In this document: positions 1-8,584 of the stretch, piece by piece
Layout of the letters: each line of letters begins with the position of its first letter
Position numbering within the stretch: position 1 is the stretch's first letter
NCBI GenBank assembly: GCA_039801085.1
Contig: JBDRTY010000001.1
Location: 310,852-374,851 of the forward strand
From: a candidate division WOR-3 bacterium
GTDB taxonomy: Bacteria > Hydrothermota > Tepidihabitantia > Tepidihabitantales > Tepidihabitantaceae
DNA: 64,000 bases
Direction of reading: 5' to 3'
Translations under genes and position numbers: made by a program
Notes under the pieces: generated by a model
What the model saw: the letters and a program-made list of their open reading frames with translations, nothing else
The model's database searches: none
Told to the model about the DNA's origin: nothing

Positions 1-5
1 CATCC

Positions 6-656
6 GTGGGTTATTTCAGTTTTACTGCCAATAATCACTCGGTAGTCTTTTATACCAACTCTGCTGCCTTCAACGGTCAGAGCGCTACCGCCTCCAACCA
101 GCTCCGCTGCGGCACCCTATCCAAGGCAGGTGGAAGCTTTACCATTGACCATCCGCTTGACCCCTACGGCAAGATCCTCAATCACTACTTTATTGAGGGT
201 CCGGAGATGCGCAATCTCTATGATGGTGAGGTTGTGCTGGATGCATCGGGTCGTGCCACTGTCCATCTGCCAGAATACTTCAGCGCCCTGAACCGCAGAC
301 CGCGAATCCAGCTGACCGGTGTCGGGACTTCCAATGTCTATGTTGCTGTGGACATCAGAGGAAATACCTTTGTAATCGGCGGCAAGCCGGGTACCAAGGT
401 CTACTGGCAGGTGACCGGTGAGCGGCAGGATGTCTCGGCTGAGGTGATCCGGCGGCTGATGCCGGTGGAGCAGAAAAAGGCTGGTGAACTTGCCGGCAGG
501 ATGCTGGATGACGAGTTCCTCTCCGGCTGTATGGAGCAGCTGGAGCGCGAAGGCAAGGCGCAGGGTATTGATTTCCGCACTGCTGCGGGCAGACAGCGCT
601 ATGAGCAGATGAAGAATCCGCCGCAACTGGAAAGGAAGATAATGGAGGAGCGATGA
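6..656 (+). CDS. Hypothetical protein. It may continue upstream of the window. Its stop overlaps the next start (ATGA).
   Basis: 216-aa ORF in frame 3 with coding-like composition. No motif I recognise. Confidence 0.4.
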   Translation: MGYFSFTANNHSVVFYTNSAAFNGQSATASNQLRCGTLSKAGGSFTIDHPLDPYGKILNHYFIEGPEMRNLYDGEVVLDASGRATVHLPEYFSALNRRPRIQLTGVGTSNVYVAVDIRGNTFVIGGKPGTKVYWQVTGERQDVSAEVIRRLMPVEQKKAGELAGRMLDDEFLSGCMEQLEREGKAQGIDFRTAAGRQRYEQMKNPPQLERKIMEER

Positions 657-901
657 AACCGTTTATCTCTCTTCTGGGAGTCATCCTGCTGGCTTTGATA
701 GTTTCTGCCCAGCCCTACCGGTGTGACTGGCAGGTGGTGGCAGCAGGTGGCGGTATACTTGCCGGTGATTACCGCTGTGGTGCCACCATCGGTCAGACTG
801 CAACCGGCAGGATGAGCGGAACCAACCTGCTGGCGCTCATCGGCTTCTGGCAGCCGGAGCCGGCAGTCGGGCTGGAGGAAAGACAGCAGTTTGACCAGTA
901 G
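653..901 (+). CDS. Small secreted protein (signal peptide). It ends at a TAG that is in frame with the downstream T9SS C-terminal-domain ORF.
   Basis: N-terminal hydrophobic signal MKPFISLLGVILLALIVSAQ. Same frame (frame 2) as 905..1192. Confidence 0.4.
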   Translation: MKPFISLLGVILLALIVSAQPYRCDWQVVAAGGGILAGDYRCGATIGQTATGRMSGTNLLALIGFWQPEPAVGLEERQQFDQ

Positions 902-904
902 GCG

Positions 905-1192
905 GTGTCGCCGCTGGTGACCCGGCTTTACCAGCCCGCACCCAACCCGTTTCTCCGCCGGACGGTCGTCTGCTACTCGCTGGCACAGGCGGGTCCGGTC
1001 AGTCTGCAGATCCTTGACCTTTCCGGCAGAGTGGTGCGGACACTGGTGAACGCAATCCAGAAGCCGGGTGTTTACCGTCTGGTCTGGGATGGACAGGACG
1101 GTTCAGGCAGAGCGCTTGCCGGCGGGGTCTACTTCTGCCAGTTCTGTGCCGGTGCTCACCGCCAGACGGTGAAACTGCTCTTCGGACGCTGA
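905..1192 (+). CDS. T9SS (Por secretion) C-terminal sorting domain, probably the C-terminus of the 653..901 gene
   Basis: Sequence PNPF...VSLQILDLSGRVVRTL...GVYRLVWDGQD..GGVYFCQF...KLLF matches the canonical ~80-aa T9SS CTD pattern. It is separated from the upstream ORF only by TAG plus one codon, in the same frame. Confidence 0.5.
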   Translation: MSPLVTRLYQPAPNPFLRRTVVCYSLAQAGPVSLQILDLSGRVVRTLVNAIQKPGVYRLVWDGQDGSGRALAGGVYFCQFCAGAHRQTVKLLFGR

Positions 1193-1202
1193 GACTGAGT
1201 CA

Positions 1203-1244
1203 GAAGCTCAAGCGGGGCGGGGAGAACCCGTCCCGCTTTTTTAT
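1203..1244 (+). terminator. Rho-independent terminator (GC hairpin followed by a T-run)
   Basis: agcggggcgggg-agaa-cccgtcccgct followed by ttttttat. Confidence 0.5.
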
Positions 1245-1296
1245 AAATACTTAAAAGGTGAATTTTAATACTAAGTTGATTTTCTGCAATGACTTA

Positions 1297-1321
1297 GGGG
1301 CTAGCCCCGGGCATGCCCCTC
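1297..1321. repeat. GC-rich palindromic intergenic element (GGGGCTAGCCCC + GGGCATGCCC). A second copy lies at 15022..15050.
   Basis: The 19-nt string agccccgggcatgcccctc is identical at 1303..1321 and 15031..15049. Both sit at gene ends. Confidence 0.5.
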
Positions 1322-1397
1322 AGCGGCTGGGGAGAGGGGATCCGGCTGAAAATCTGGTATGAGGTACTGTCGAGATTGCCGGTCCAAAGCAGGGATA

Positions 1398-1988
1398 TCA
1401 GCGGGCAGAGATGCCGGCACGCTGTGCCGATTTGACGAGGATGTCATATTCAATATTGACCTTTGACCCCGGACGCAGGTGCTTCAGGGTGGTGTTTTCC
1501 CAGGTGTGGGTGATGATGCTCGCGGTGAATTCGTTCTGCCGGCAGTGCTGGATCGTCAGGCTGACCCCGTCAACCGCAATTGAGCCCTTTTCCACCAGAT
1601 ACCGGCGGTTTTCGGGCCGGACCGCAATCACCAGCCGGATGGCACCGGTGCCACGCTGAACGGACTTTACCCTTGCGACTTCGTCAATATGGCCAAGCAG
1701 GATATGACCGCCGAGCCGGTCGCCAGCCTTAAGCGCCCGCTCCAGGTTGACCTGCGCTCCAGTCCGCAGACTGCCCAGTGTGGTCTGGCTGAGTGTCGGA
1801 GCGGTCGCCTCGGTTTCAAAACCGGTTGCCGTTACTCTGGTTACGGTGAGGCAGCAGCCGTTGACCGCAACACTTTCACCCGGTTTGAGTTCGGCGGCAA
1901 AGGGTGCAGTGATCTCAAGATAACGGCGGGCACCGGCAGCGGTAATCCGGCGGACCTTACCCTGCGCCTCAACTAAACCGGTAAACAT
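1398..1988 (-). CDS. ribE: Riboflavin synthase alpha subunit
   Basis: MFTGLVE start and NGCCLTV motif, with the two-repeat lumazine-binding architecture. The canonical start is the internal M. It overlaps ribD by ~20 nt. Confidence 0.8.
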   Translation of the reverse strand: MFTGLVEAQGKVRRITAAGARRYLEITAPFAAELKPGESVAVNGCCLTVTRVTATGFETEATAPTLSQTTLGSLRTGAQVNLERALKAGDRLGGHILLGHIDEVARVKSVQRGTGAIRLVIAVRPENRRYLVEKGSIAVDGVSLTIQHCRQNEFTASIITHTWENTTLKHLRPGSKVNIEYDILVKSAQRAGISAR

Positions 1989-3069
1989 AACCCTCGGTAA
2001 GGATGTCATCACCCAGTTCAACATGGCGGACATCGCGCAGGGTGATGGCAGTATTCAGGCTGCGCGGTCTGAGCCCGGCGCTGAACAGTTTTCCCGGTCC
2101 AAGTATCCTCGGTGCCTGAAAGATATACGCCTTGTCCACAACCCCGGCCTCCAGGGCAGAGGAGGCGACGGTCGCTCCCCCTTCAATCAGGACCGAGGCG
2201 ATCTGCCGGTGGTAAAGCTCATTTAATATGTCCTGCCAGTTCAGCCGGTTCCGGCGGTCGAGCCGGACCCGGACAACCTCCGCACCTTTGCCTTCGAGCA
2301 TCCGGATCCGGTTCTGCTGCCGGCAGGCAGTGAAGACCAGCACCGGTCCGGGTTCGGCAAAGAGCCGACTGTCAGGCGGAATCCGGAGGCTGGAGTCCAG
2401 AACGATCCGGTGGAGCCGTTTTTCGCCGTTCAGCCGGCAGGTGAGGCGCGGATTGTCCTTGATTACCGTATTGACCCCGACCAGGACCGCATCTGCCATC
2501 AGGCGCAGAAACTGCCCCACCGCCCGCGCCCGTTCGCCGGTGATCCACTGCGATTCGCCTTCATCGGTTGCCATCATGCCGTCCAGGGTCGCTGCCACCT
2601 TGAGCATGACGAAGGGGCGGTGTTCGCTCATATAGGTGATATAGGCTTCGTTGAGCCGGCGTGCCGCCTTTGCCAGCAGTCCGACCTCAACCGTAATTCC
2701 CTGACGGCGCAGACAGCGGACACCGGCACCGTTGACCTTCGGGTTCGGGTCAAGCATGGCGGCAATCACTTTTCTGATGCCGGCACGGAGCAGGGCATCG
2801 GTGCAGGCAGGGGTTTTGCCCTCAAAACAGCAGGGTTCCATTGTAACATAGAGAGTTGCGCCTTTTGCCCTTGAGCCGGCAGCCCGCAGCGCTTCCACCT
2901 CCGCATGGGCAGAGCCGAACCGGCGGTGATAACCCCGGCCGACAATTTTACCCTCCTTTACCAGCACCGCACCGACCATCGGGTTGGGGGAGACCAGACC
3001 GCAGCCCTGAAACGCCAGCTCCAGCGCCTCAAGCATGAAACGGCGGTCGGCTTCAGTCCAGCGGGGCAT
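1969..3069 (-). CDS. ribD: Bifunctional riboflavin biosynthesis protein RibD (pyrimidine deaminase/reductase)
   Basis: HAEVEAL and MEPC..C zinc-binding deaminase motifs, followed by a C-terminal reductase domain. Confidence 0.85.
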   Translation of the reverse strand: MPRWTEADRRFMLEALELAFQGCGLVSPNPMVGAVLVKEGKIVGRGYHRRFGSAHAEVEALRAAGSRAKGATLYVTMEPCCFEGKTPACTDALLRAGIRKVIAAMLDPNPKVNGAGVRCLRRQGITVEVGLLAKAARRLNEAYITYMSEHRPFVMLKVAATLDGMMATDEGESQWITGERARAVGQFLRLMADAVLVGVNTVIKDNPRLTCRLNGEKRLHRIVLDSSLRIPPDSRLFAEPGPVLVFTACRQQNRIRMLEGKGAEVVRVRLDRRNRLNWQDILNELYHRQIASVLIEGGATVASSALEAGVVDKAYIFQAPRILGPGKLFSAGLRPRSLNTAITLRDVRHVELGDDILTEGYVYRFS

Positions 3070-3074
3070 AAACT

Positions 3075-3368
3075 TTACCGATAGTCAATCTGGAAGTCGT
3101 CGTATTCGTGCAGGTATTCGCCCCACTCCAACTTGACATTTTCCACAATCGCCCCCGGCGGTCCCTGATGCAGTTTTGCCACCAGTTTTTCCAGCTTTTC
3201 CCGTTCGCCTTCGGCATTGACCTCAACCCTGCCGTCAGGCAGGTTGCGCACCCGTCCGGTCAGACCGAGCGTCCGCGCCTCCTTCAGGACAAACATCCGG
3301 AAGAAGACCCCCTGAACCCTGCCGGCGACATAGGCGGAAAGTGAAGCCTTGTTTCCCGTTGCGCTCAT
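3075..3368 (-). CDS. acyP: Acylphosphatase
   Basis: VQGVFFR...GLTGRVRNLPDGRVEV signature. 97 aa. Confidence 0.75.
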   Translation of the reverse strand: MSATGNKASLSAYVAGRVQGVFFRMFVLKEARTLGLTGRVRNLPDGRVEVNAEGEREKLEKLVAKLHQGPPGAIVENVKLEWGEYLHEYDDFQIDYR

Positions 3369-3452
3369 GATTCAAGCATAGGTAAAAACTGCCGGTTGTC
3401 AATAAAGGGCAGTCCTGTTTTACCCGGAGGATTTTTCTGATAGAATATTCCT

Positions 3453-3872
3453 GTGAGCACGGGTAAGAACCGATGGTGGCGGCTGGTGGCGGTTTTGCTC
3501 CTGGTCATTGCCGGCAGTGTTCTGGTGATCCTGCCGCACTGGCTGCGGTTCGGCAGGAGAGCAGTAACACCGCTTGTGCTCCAGGGCAGGGGCAGACTGC
3601 CCGGCGGTCCGGCACCGGACACCCTGCTTCTGCTTTACCGGCTGTCACTGGTGTCGGATCCGGAGCTGGGTTCTGACATCTTCCGGCTCGGGCTGGTGGA
3701 GAGTCTGGATTTCGATACGCTGGGGAATGTCCGGGTGGTGCTGGGACTGACAACGCCCTACTGCCCGTTTATTGAGCCGCTGGGCAGGGCGGTGCTCGAG
3801 ACGCTGGTGAATACACCCGGAATCAACGGTGTGACGGTCAGGGTTGACCCGCAAATCCGGGTGCGGCGATGA
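3453..3872 (+). CDS. DUF59/MIP18-family Fe-S cluster assembly-like protein with an N-terminal TM segment
   Basis: C-terminal LGLTTPYCPF...V.V.P motif typical of the DUF59 (SufT/PaaD-like) family. Confidence 0.5.
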   Translation: MSTGKNRWWRLVAVLLLVIAGSVLVILPHWLRFGRRAVTPLVLQGRGRLPGGPAPDTLLLLYRLSLVSDPELGSDIFRLGLVESLDFDTLGNVRVVLGLTTPYCPFIEPLGRAVLETLVNTPGINGVTVRVDPQIRVRR

Positions 3873-4507
3873 GTCCCGGGCTTTTCGTCCGGGCGGTAAT
3901 GCTCGGTCTGTCTGCCGGCACATCCTGTCTCGGTTTCTGTCTGCCGGTGGTGCTGCCGGTGCTTGCCGGTTCGGACCGGGCCGGTTTTTATCCGGCAGCG
4001 GTCCGGCTGTTATCATTTCTGGCGGGCAGGCTGGTCGCCTATCTCCTTTTCGGTATTCTTGCCGGTCTTGCCGGCGCCCGGCTGAGCGGACCTGTTTTCC
4101 TGCGGACAGCAGCACTGCCGGTTATCTATCTCCTGCTGGGCGGATTGATGATAATTTACGGCATTACCGTCTTTGATCCGTTCACCCGGCTCAGGTTCTG
4201 CCGGCTGATTCAGCCCCAGCTCAATTCGGGCCGGTTTCCTTTTCTCCTCGGGCTGCTGGCAGGGGCAAGTCCCTGTCCGCCGTTTCTGCTCGCACTGGCA
4301 ACTGTTCTTGATTACGCCGGCGTGCTCAGCGGGGCGCTGTTCTTTCTGGTTTTCTTTCTGGCGACCTCGGTCTACTTTCTACCGCTGTTATTTGCCGGTT
4401 TTCTTGTCCGTTGGGATCCGCCCCGGAGCGCTGCCCGCATCGTGGCGGTGGTTACCGGATTTTACTTCGTGGTGCTCGCATTGCGCACACTGTTGAGCGT
4501 ATTTTGA
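3869..4507 (+). CDS. Polytopic membrane protein, DsbD/CcdA-like (thiol-disulfide transporter family) candidate
   Basis: About six hydrophobic helices, with Cys in SCLGFCLP and GASPCPPF motifs. Start overlaps the upstream gene (ATGA). Confidence 0.4.
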   Translation: MSPGLFVRAVMLGLSAGTSCLGFCLPVVLPVLAGSDRAGFYPAAVRLLSFLAGRLVAYLLFGILAGLAGARLSGPVFLRTAALPVIYLLLGGLMIIYGITVFDPFTRLRFCRLIQPQLNSGRFPFLLGLLAGASPCPPFLLALATVLDYAGVLSGALFFLVFFLATSVYFLPLLFAGFLVRWDPPRSAARIVAVVTGFYFVVLALRTLLSVF

Positions 4508-4610
4508 GTCCATTTCTCAGTTGCGTGAATTTATTTGACAAGAGAGAGAGAGAGTATAATTAAAATTAAGACGCAGCCGGATGCCAGCCCCGGCTGTGAA
4601 AGGAGATGCG

Positions 4611-4772
4611 ATGTTTGCAAGCTGGAAGGCGCTGATTGTCGCAACGGCATTCAGCGTGACTGTCATCGGGATTGCGTTTGCTGATGACAATCCCGACTCC
4701 GAAGGGTTGTGGCTATTTACCATGCAAAATGGTATGTGTGCTAACCGATGCTCAGTTTTGTCGCCTATGTAA
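4611..4772 (+). CDS. Small secreted/TM peptide (hypothetical)
   Basis: AAAGGAG lies 6 nt upstream of the ATG. Hydrophobic N-terminus. Sits in the AT-rich segment. Confidence 0.25.
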   Translation: MFASWKALIVATAFSVTVIGIAFADDNPDSEGLWLFTMQNGMCANRCSVLSPM

Positions 4773-5095
4773 GCATCATTACGACCAATGAACCGGCAGC
4801 CCGCTATGCTGCGGGTTATACCGGACCCGGGGGATTGTGCGACTTTCCGCCTTATTACTGGAGATGCAAATTCAGCCGTTTTGGACCGAATGGCAGTTAT
4901 TACATTCCGCGCGATTCCCGGTATCGCTGGCGGTTTTATGCCAAGCGGCAGGACCAGCTTACACAGCGATGGTATTACAGTGACTGGAGCAAAGAGATGG
5001 AATATTCTGAAGTCCGGCTGTTTGATGCTGATACTTTGAATATCTACCGCGACCGGCCGCCCGAGCCCATTCCGCCCTTCAGCTCTGAAGAGTAG
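4748..5095 (+). CDS. Hypothetical W/Y/R-rich small protein
   Basis: 115-aa ORF directly upstream of the 5107 gene. The competing 208-aa minus-strand ORF looks non-coding. Confidence 0.25.
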   Translation: MLSFVAYVSIITTNEPAARYAAGYTGPGGLCDFPPYYWRCKFSRFGPNGSYYIPRDSRYRWRFYAKRQDQLTQRWYYSDWSKEMEYSEVRLFDADTLNIYRDRPPEPIPPFSSEE

Positions 5096-5106
5096 ACTAA
5101 GGGAAG

Positions 5107-6675
5107 ATGCAGAGCAGGAAGTGGTGCGGACTGCTGATTGCAATCGGTTCTGCCGTGCTGCAACCTGCTCTGCATCCGGGTTATTATGTGTTTGCTCAGG
5201 TTTGGGTCCGAACCTATGACGGTCCTGCTAACGGGATGGATAACTGTTATTCCTTAGCTCTCGATTCCTCAGGCTGTCTATTGTTAACCGGTTATGTGAC
5301 ACTAGTTGATCAGGGAGAAACTGTTCCGGCTTACTGCACGATGAAATACACCGGTAGCGGTGAAAGGCAATGGGTGAAGTTTTTCCCCCGCGGGTTCGGA
5401 TTGACGATTACAGCCGATTCTGAGGGTAATGCGATTGTTGCCGGCGACAGTTTCGTGCTCAAATATTCATCTGAAGGAGAACAGTTATGGGTTCGACATT
5501 GCGGTCCGGCTTTCTGGGGTAGTGACGTTGCCGTGGATACACGAAGAAACGTATATGTGACTGGTTATTATCTGGACACAAGGTATGCAATTACAATAAA
5601 ATATGATGCCAATGGTAATGAGGAGTGGATACGGGTTGATTCTGCCGGAAACTGGTTTGTCAGCATGGCGGTTGATTCACTAAATAATGTTTACTGCGGA
5701 GGATACAGTTACGCCGATGGCAGATGGGCATATCGCATTGTAAAATATAAATCCAGTGGCGAGCGGGAATGGGGGATCAGCGAGGAGTTGTTGAACGGAG
5801 TAATAAATAAAGTAAGACTGAGTGACTGCAGTGATTTATATGTAGTCGGCAGTCTGCTGAATGAATCCGGTCCCTATGCAGCAGCCACGGTCAAGTATGA
5901 CAGTAATGGTGTGAGACAATGGGTAAGATTTTTTGAGGGTCCGGGTTATGATGTGGGGCAGACACTGGCGGTTGACCGGAATGGCAACTGTTATGTCGCG
6001 ATTGGGACTGCCGAAAGGCCGGGGATGGTCACCAATTTTGACATTGTGCTGGTGAAATATGCTGCCGATGGTACTGAAATATGGCAGCGGAGATATACTG
6101 GCTATGGGGGAGATGATTATCCGTTTGCGATCGGTGTCGATGCTCAGAAGAATATCTATGTCTGCGGATACAGCGATAGCCGCCGGAGCGACACGGTTCT
6201 GAGGAGCGACTATCTGTTGCTGAAATATGATTCTCTGGGGAATCTGCAGTGGGAGGCTCGTTATTACGAAGGTGAGAACTGGGGATGGGCATATGACCTT
6301 GAGATTGATCCGACTGAAAGTTGTGTATACACTGCCGGCTATGTAACCAAGAAGAAAAATGGCTGTTTTGATTATGACTGGTGCACAATTAAATATCTGG
6401 CTTCCGGACCCGGCATCACCGAAAACGAGCCGGTGGTAAACAGCACTCCGATCATGGTGGTTTCCAATCCAGCCCGTTCTTGCTTCCGGATTCGTTCCCG
6501 ACTCGGACTTTCAAGTCTCGGGTTCTATGATATCACCGGCAGGCTGATTATGAGTTATCCGGTCAGAGGGCAGGTTGATCTGACCTGCTATTTAATCGGG
6601 GTTTGTCCGGGTGTTTATCTGATTAAAGGAGTTACCGCCGAAGGTGTATTGACCAGTAAGCTGATCGTCCGTTAA
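5107..6675 (+). CDS. SBBP (beta-propeller repeat) protein with a T9SS C-terminal sorting domain
   Basis: Repeated ~50-aa units (VYVTGYY...KYD.NG...W) typical of PF06739. C-terminal CTD ends ...GVYLIKGVTAEGVLTSKLIVR. Signal peptide present. Lower GC than the flanking DNA. Confidence 0.6.
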   Translation: MQSRKWCGLLIAIGSAVLQPALHPGYYVFAQVWVRTYDGPANGMDNCYSLALDSSGCLLLTGYVTLVDQGETVPAYCTMKYTGSGERQWVKFFPRGFGLTITADSEGNAIVAGDSFVLKYSSEGEQLWVRHCGPAFWGSDVAVDTRRNVYVTGYYLDTRYAITIKYDANGNEEWIRVDSAGNWFVSMAVDSLNNVYCGGYSYADGRWAYRIVKYKSSGEREWGISEELLNGVINKVRLSDCSDLYVVGSLLNESGPYAAATVKYDSNGVRQWVRFFEGPGYDVGQTLAVDRNGNCYVAIGTAERPGMVTNFDIVLVKYAADGTEIWQRRYTGYGGDDYPFAIGVDAQKNIYVCGYSDSRRSDTVLRSDYLLLKYDSLGNLQWEARYYEGENWGWAYDLEIDPTESCVYTAGYVTKKKNGCFDYDWCTIKYLASGPGITENEPVVNSTPIMVVSNPARSCFRIRSRLGLSSLGFYDITGRLIMSYPVRGQVDLTCYLIGVCPGVYLIKGVTAEGVLTSKLIVR

Positions 6676-6722
6676 TCCAGAATATACCTTGTCAATTATT
6701 TTCCTGCGGGTATAATGAACTT

Positions 6723-8021
6723 GTGAGTGTTGAACTGGCACCCTTGGCGGACCGGATGCGGCCCAAGGAGCTGGACAGCATTGTCGGACAGGAGCATCTG
6801 CTGGGCAGAGACAAGCCGTTCCGGCGGATGCTGGAGCGGGGCGAACTGCACTCGATGATCTTCTGGGGTCCGCCCGGTTCCGGGAAGACGACCCTCGCCC
6901 TGGCAATTGCCCAATACACGGCTGCGGACTTCATTCAGATTTCCGCCGTTTCCTCCGGTGTCGCCGATATCCGCAAGGCGGTCAAACGGGCACAGGACAA
7001 CCGGCAGCTGTTCCGGCGCCGGACAATTCTCTTCATCGACGAGATTCACCGGTTCAACAAGGCACAGCAGGATGCGCTGTTGCCTTATGTCGAGTCCGGT
7101 GTGATTACGCTGATCGGTGCCACAACCGAGAACCCCTCATTTGAAGTGATTGCCCCGCTGCTTTCCCGGTGCCGGGTTTATGTGCTGAATCAGCTGCGCC
7201 CTGAGGAGCTGAAGGTGCTGATGCGCCGGGCGCTGGAGTCAGAGCAGGGGCTGGCAGGGCTCAAGCCCGAGGTCGGAGATGATGTCCTTGACTATTTTAC
7301 CGTCATCGCTCAGGGTGATGCGCGGGTGGCGCTGACCGCACTGGAGCTGGCGGTGATCTCCACCGAGCCGGATGAAACCGGAAAGCGCAGGGTGACGTGG
7401 GAGCTGGCACAGGAGATCGTCCAGCGGAAGTTTCTGCTTTATGACAAGGGGGGAGAGGAGCATTACAACCTGATTTCCGCCCTGCACAAGTCGCTCCGGG
7501 ATTCGGACCCGGACGGAGCGCTCTACTGGCTGGCACGGATGCTCGAGGCCGGCGAGGACCCGCTCTATATCGCCCGCCGACTGGTCAGGTTTGCCTCGGA
7601 AGACATCGGGCTGGCAGATCCGGATGCCCTGCTCGTTGCCAATGCCGCCAAGGAGGCGGTGGATTTTATCGGGATGCCGGAGGGTAATACCGCACTGGCG
7701 CAGGCGGTGATCTATCTGGCGCTGGCGCCGAAGTCCAATGCGGTCTATCAGGCATACCTGCGGGCAAAACAGGATGCACTCAACAGCCTCACCGAACCGG
7801 TTCCCCTGCATCTGCGCAATCCGGTGACCCCGCTGATGGAGAATCTGGGTTACGGCAAAGGATATAAGTATGCCCATGATTTTCCCGATGCCCGGGTGGA
7901 GCAGGAGCACCTGCCGGATTCACTCCGGGGCAGAAGATACTATTTTCCCACCGGCCGGGGATTTGAGGCGGAACTGAAAAAACGGCAGCGGCGGCCGGAC
8001 CGGGAAGAAGGTACTGATTGA
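6723..8021 (+). CDS. rarA: Replication-associated recombination protein A (AAA ATPase)
   Basis: Walker A GPPGSGKTT, and the LxxxIVGQEHLLG N-terminal motif of MgsA/RarA. 432 aa. Confidence 0.9.
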   Translation: MSVELAPLADRMRPKELDSIVGQEHLLGRDKPFRRMLERGELHSMIFWGPPGSGKTTLALAIAQYTAADFIQISAVSSGVADIRKAVKRAQDNRQLFRRRTILFIDEIHRFNKAQQDALLPYVESGVITLIGATTENPSFEVIAPLLSRCRVYVLNQLRPEELKVLMRRALESEQGLAGLKPEVGDDVLDYFTVIAQGDARVALTALELAVISTEPDETGKRRVTWELAQEIVQRKFLLYDKGGEEHYNLISALHKSLRDSDPDGALYWLARMLEAGEDPLYIARRLVRFASEDIGLADPDALLVANAAKEAVDFIGMPEGNTALAQAVIYLALAPKSNAVYQAYLRAKQDALNSLTEPVPLHLRNPVTPLMENLGYGKGYKYAHDFPDARVEQEHLPDSLRGRRYYFPTGRGFEAELKKRQRRPDREEGTD

Positions 8022-8170
8022 CAGCTGGCAAAATATCCCGATAATTAGCTATCGGCACCAGAGAGGACTTTTATCTTACCAAGCTGGAATGGCTCGGACC
8101 GCTGCTTGTCCGGGGGCTGAAGCTGCTGACCTCAGTTGAGGCACTGGGACAGGAGTTTTCCTTTTCCCAG

Positions 8171-8494
8171 ATGATGATCCTCCTGACCCTTTTGCGGCTG
8201 AACCGGACGAGTATGAACCAGCTTGTCCAGACACTGGGGCTCTCGCGGGCAAATGCGAGCGGTCTGGTGGACCGGCTGGTGAGAAAGGGGCTGATCGAGC
8301 GCCGGCGTTCCGAGCAGGACCGGCGGCTGGTGCTGATTCAGCTGACTTCAGAGGGACAGCGGTTGGCACACCACCTTGCCCGGCAGAACCGGCAGGGGCT
8401 GCGCCGGATGATGAAGCGGATTCCCGAAGCCGATCTCAAGGTGTTCATTCAGACCCTGGAGCAGCTGGCGCTCGGCCTGGCGGACGGCGACTGA
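8171..8494 (+). CDS. MarR-family transcriptional regulator. The real start is probably upstream via a non-ATG codon (frame open from 8045).
   Basis: Winged-helix core LSRANASGLVDRLVRKGLIERRRSEQDRR. The upstream in-frame stretch LEWLGPLLVRGLKLL...EALGQEFSFSQ looks like a MarR N-terminus. Confidence 0.7.
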   Translation: MMILLTLLRLNRTSMNQLVQTLGLSRANASGLVDRLVRKGLIERRRSEQDRRLVLIQLTSEGQRLAHHLARQNRQGLRRMMKRIPEADLKVFIQTLEQLALGLADGD

Positions 8495-8504
8495 TCTTTT
8501 TTTC

Positions 8505-8539
8505 TTGACTGATAGTTAACATTATTTACAATTAACTAT
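8505..8539 (+). promoter_or_regulatory. Sigma70-like promoter (TTGACT-N16-TACAAT) overlapped by the inverted repeat ATAGTTAA-N12-TTAACTAT. Candidate MarR operator for the exporter operon.
   Basis: -35 at 8505..8510, -10 at 8527..8532. Palindrome arms at 8512..8519 and 8532..8539. It lies between marR and the MMPL gene. Confidence 0.5.
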
Positions 8540-8584
8540 GTTTACATTTTATATTATTAACGGTAAACCGGGGGTAAACTGCTG

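Noticed and set aside
4517-5143. 208-aa minus-strand ORF in the AT-rich segment
   Set aside because: - Low-complexity translation.
- The plus-strand small ORFs have an RBS and sensible hydrophobic profiles, though they are themselves uncertain.
7239-7910. 223-aa minus-strand ORF inside rarA
   Set aside because: - rarA on the plus strand is unambiguous (Walker A/B, conserved length).
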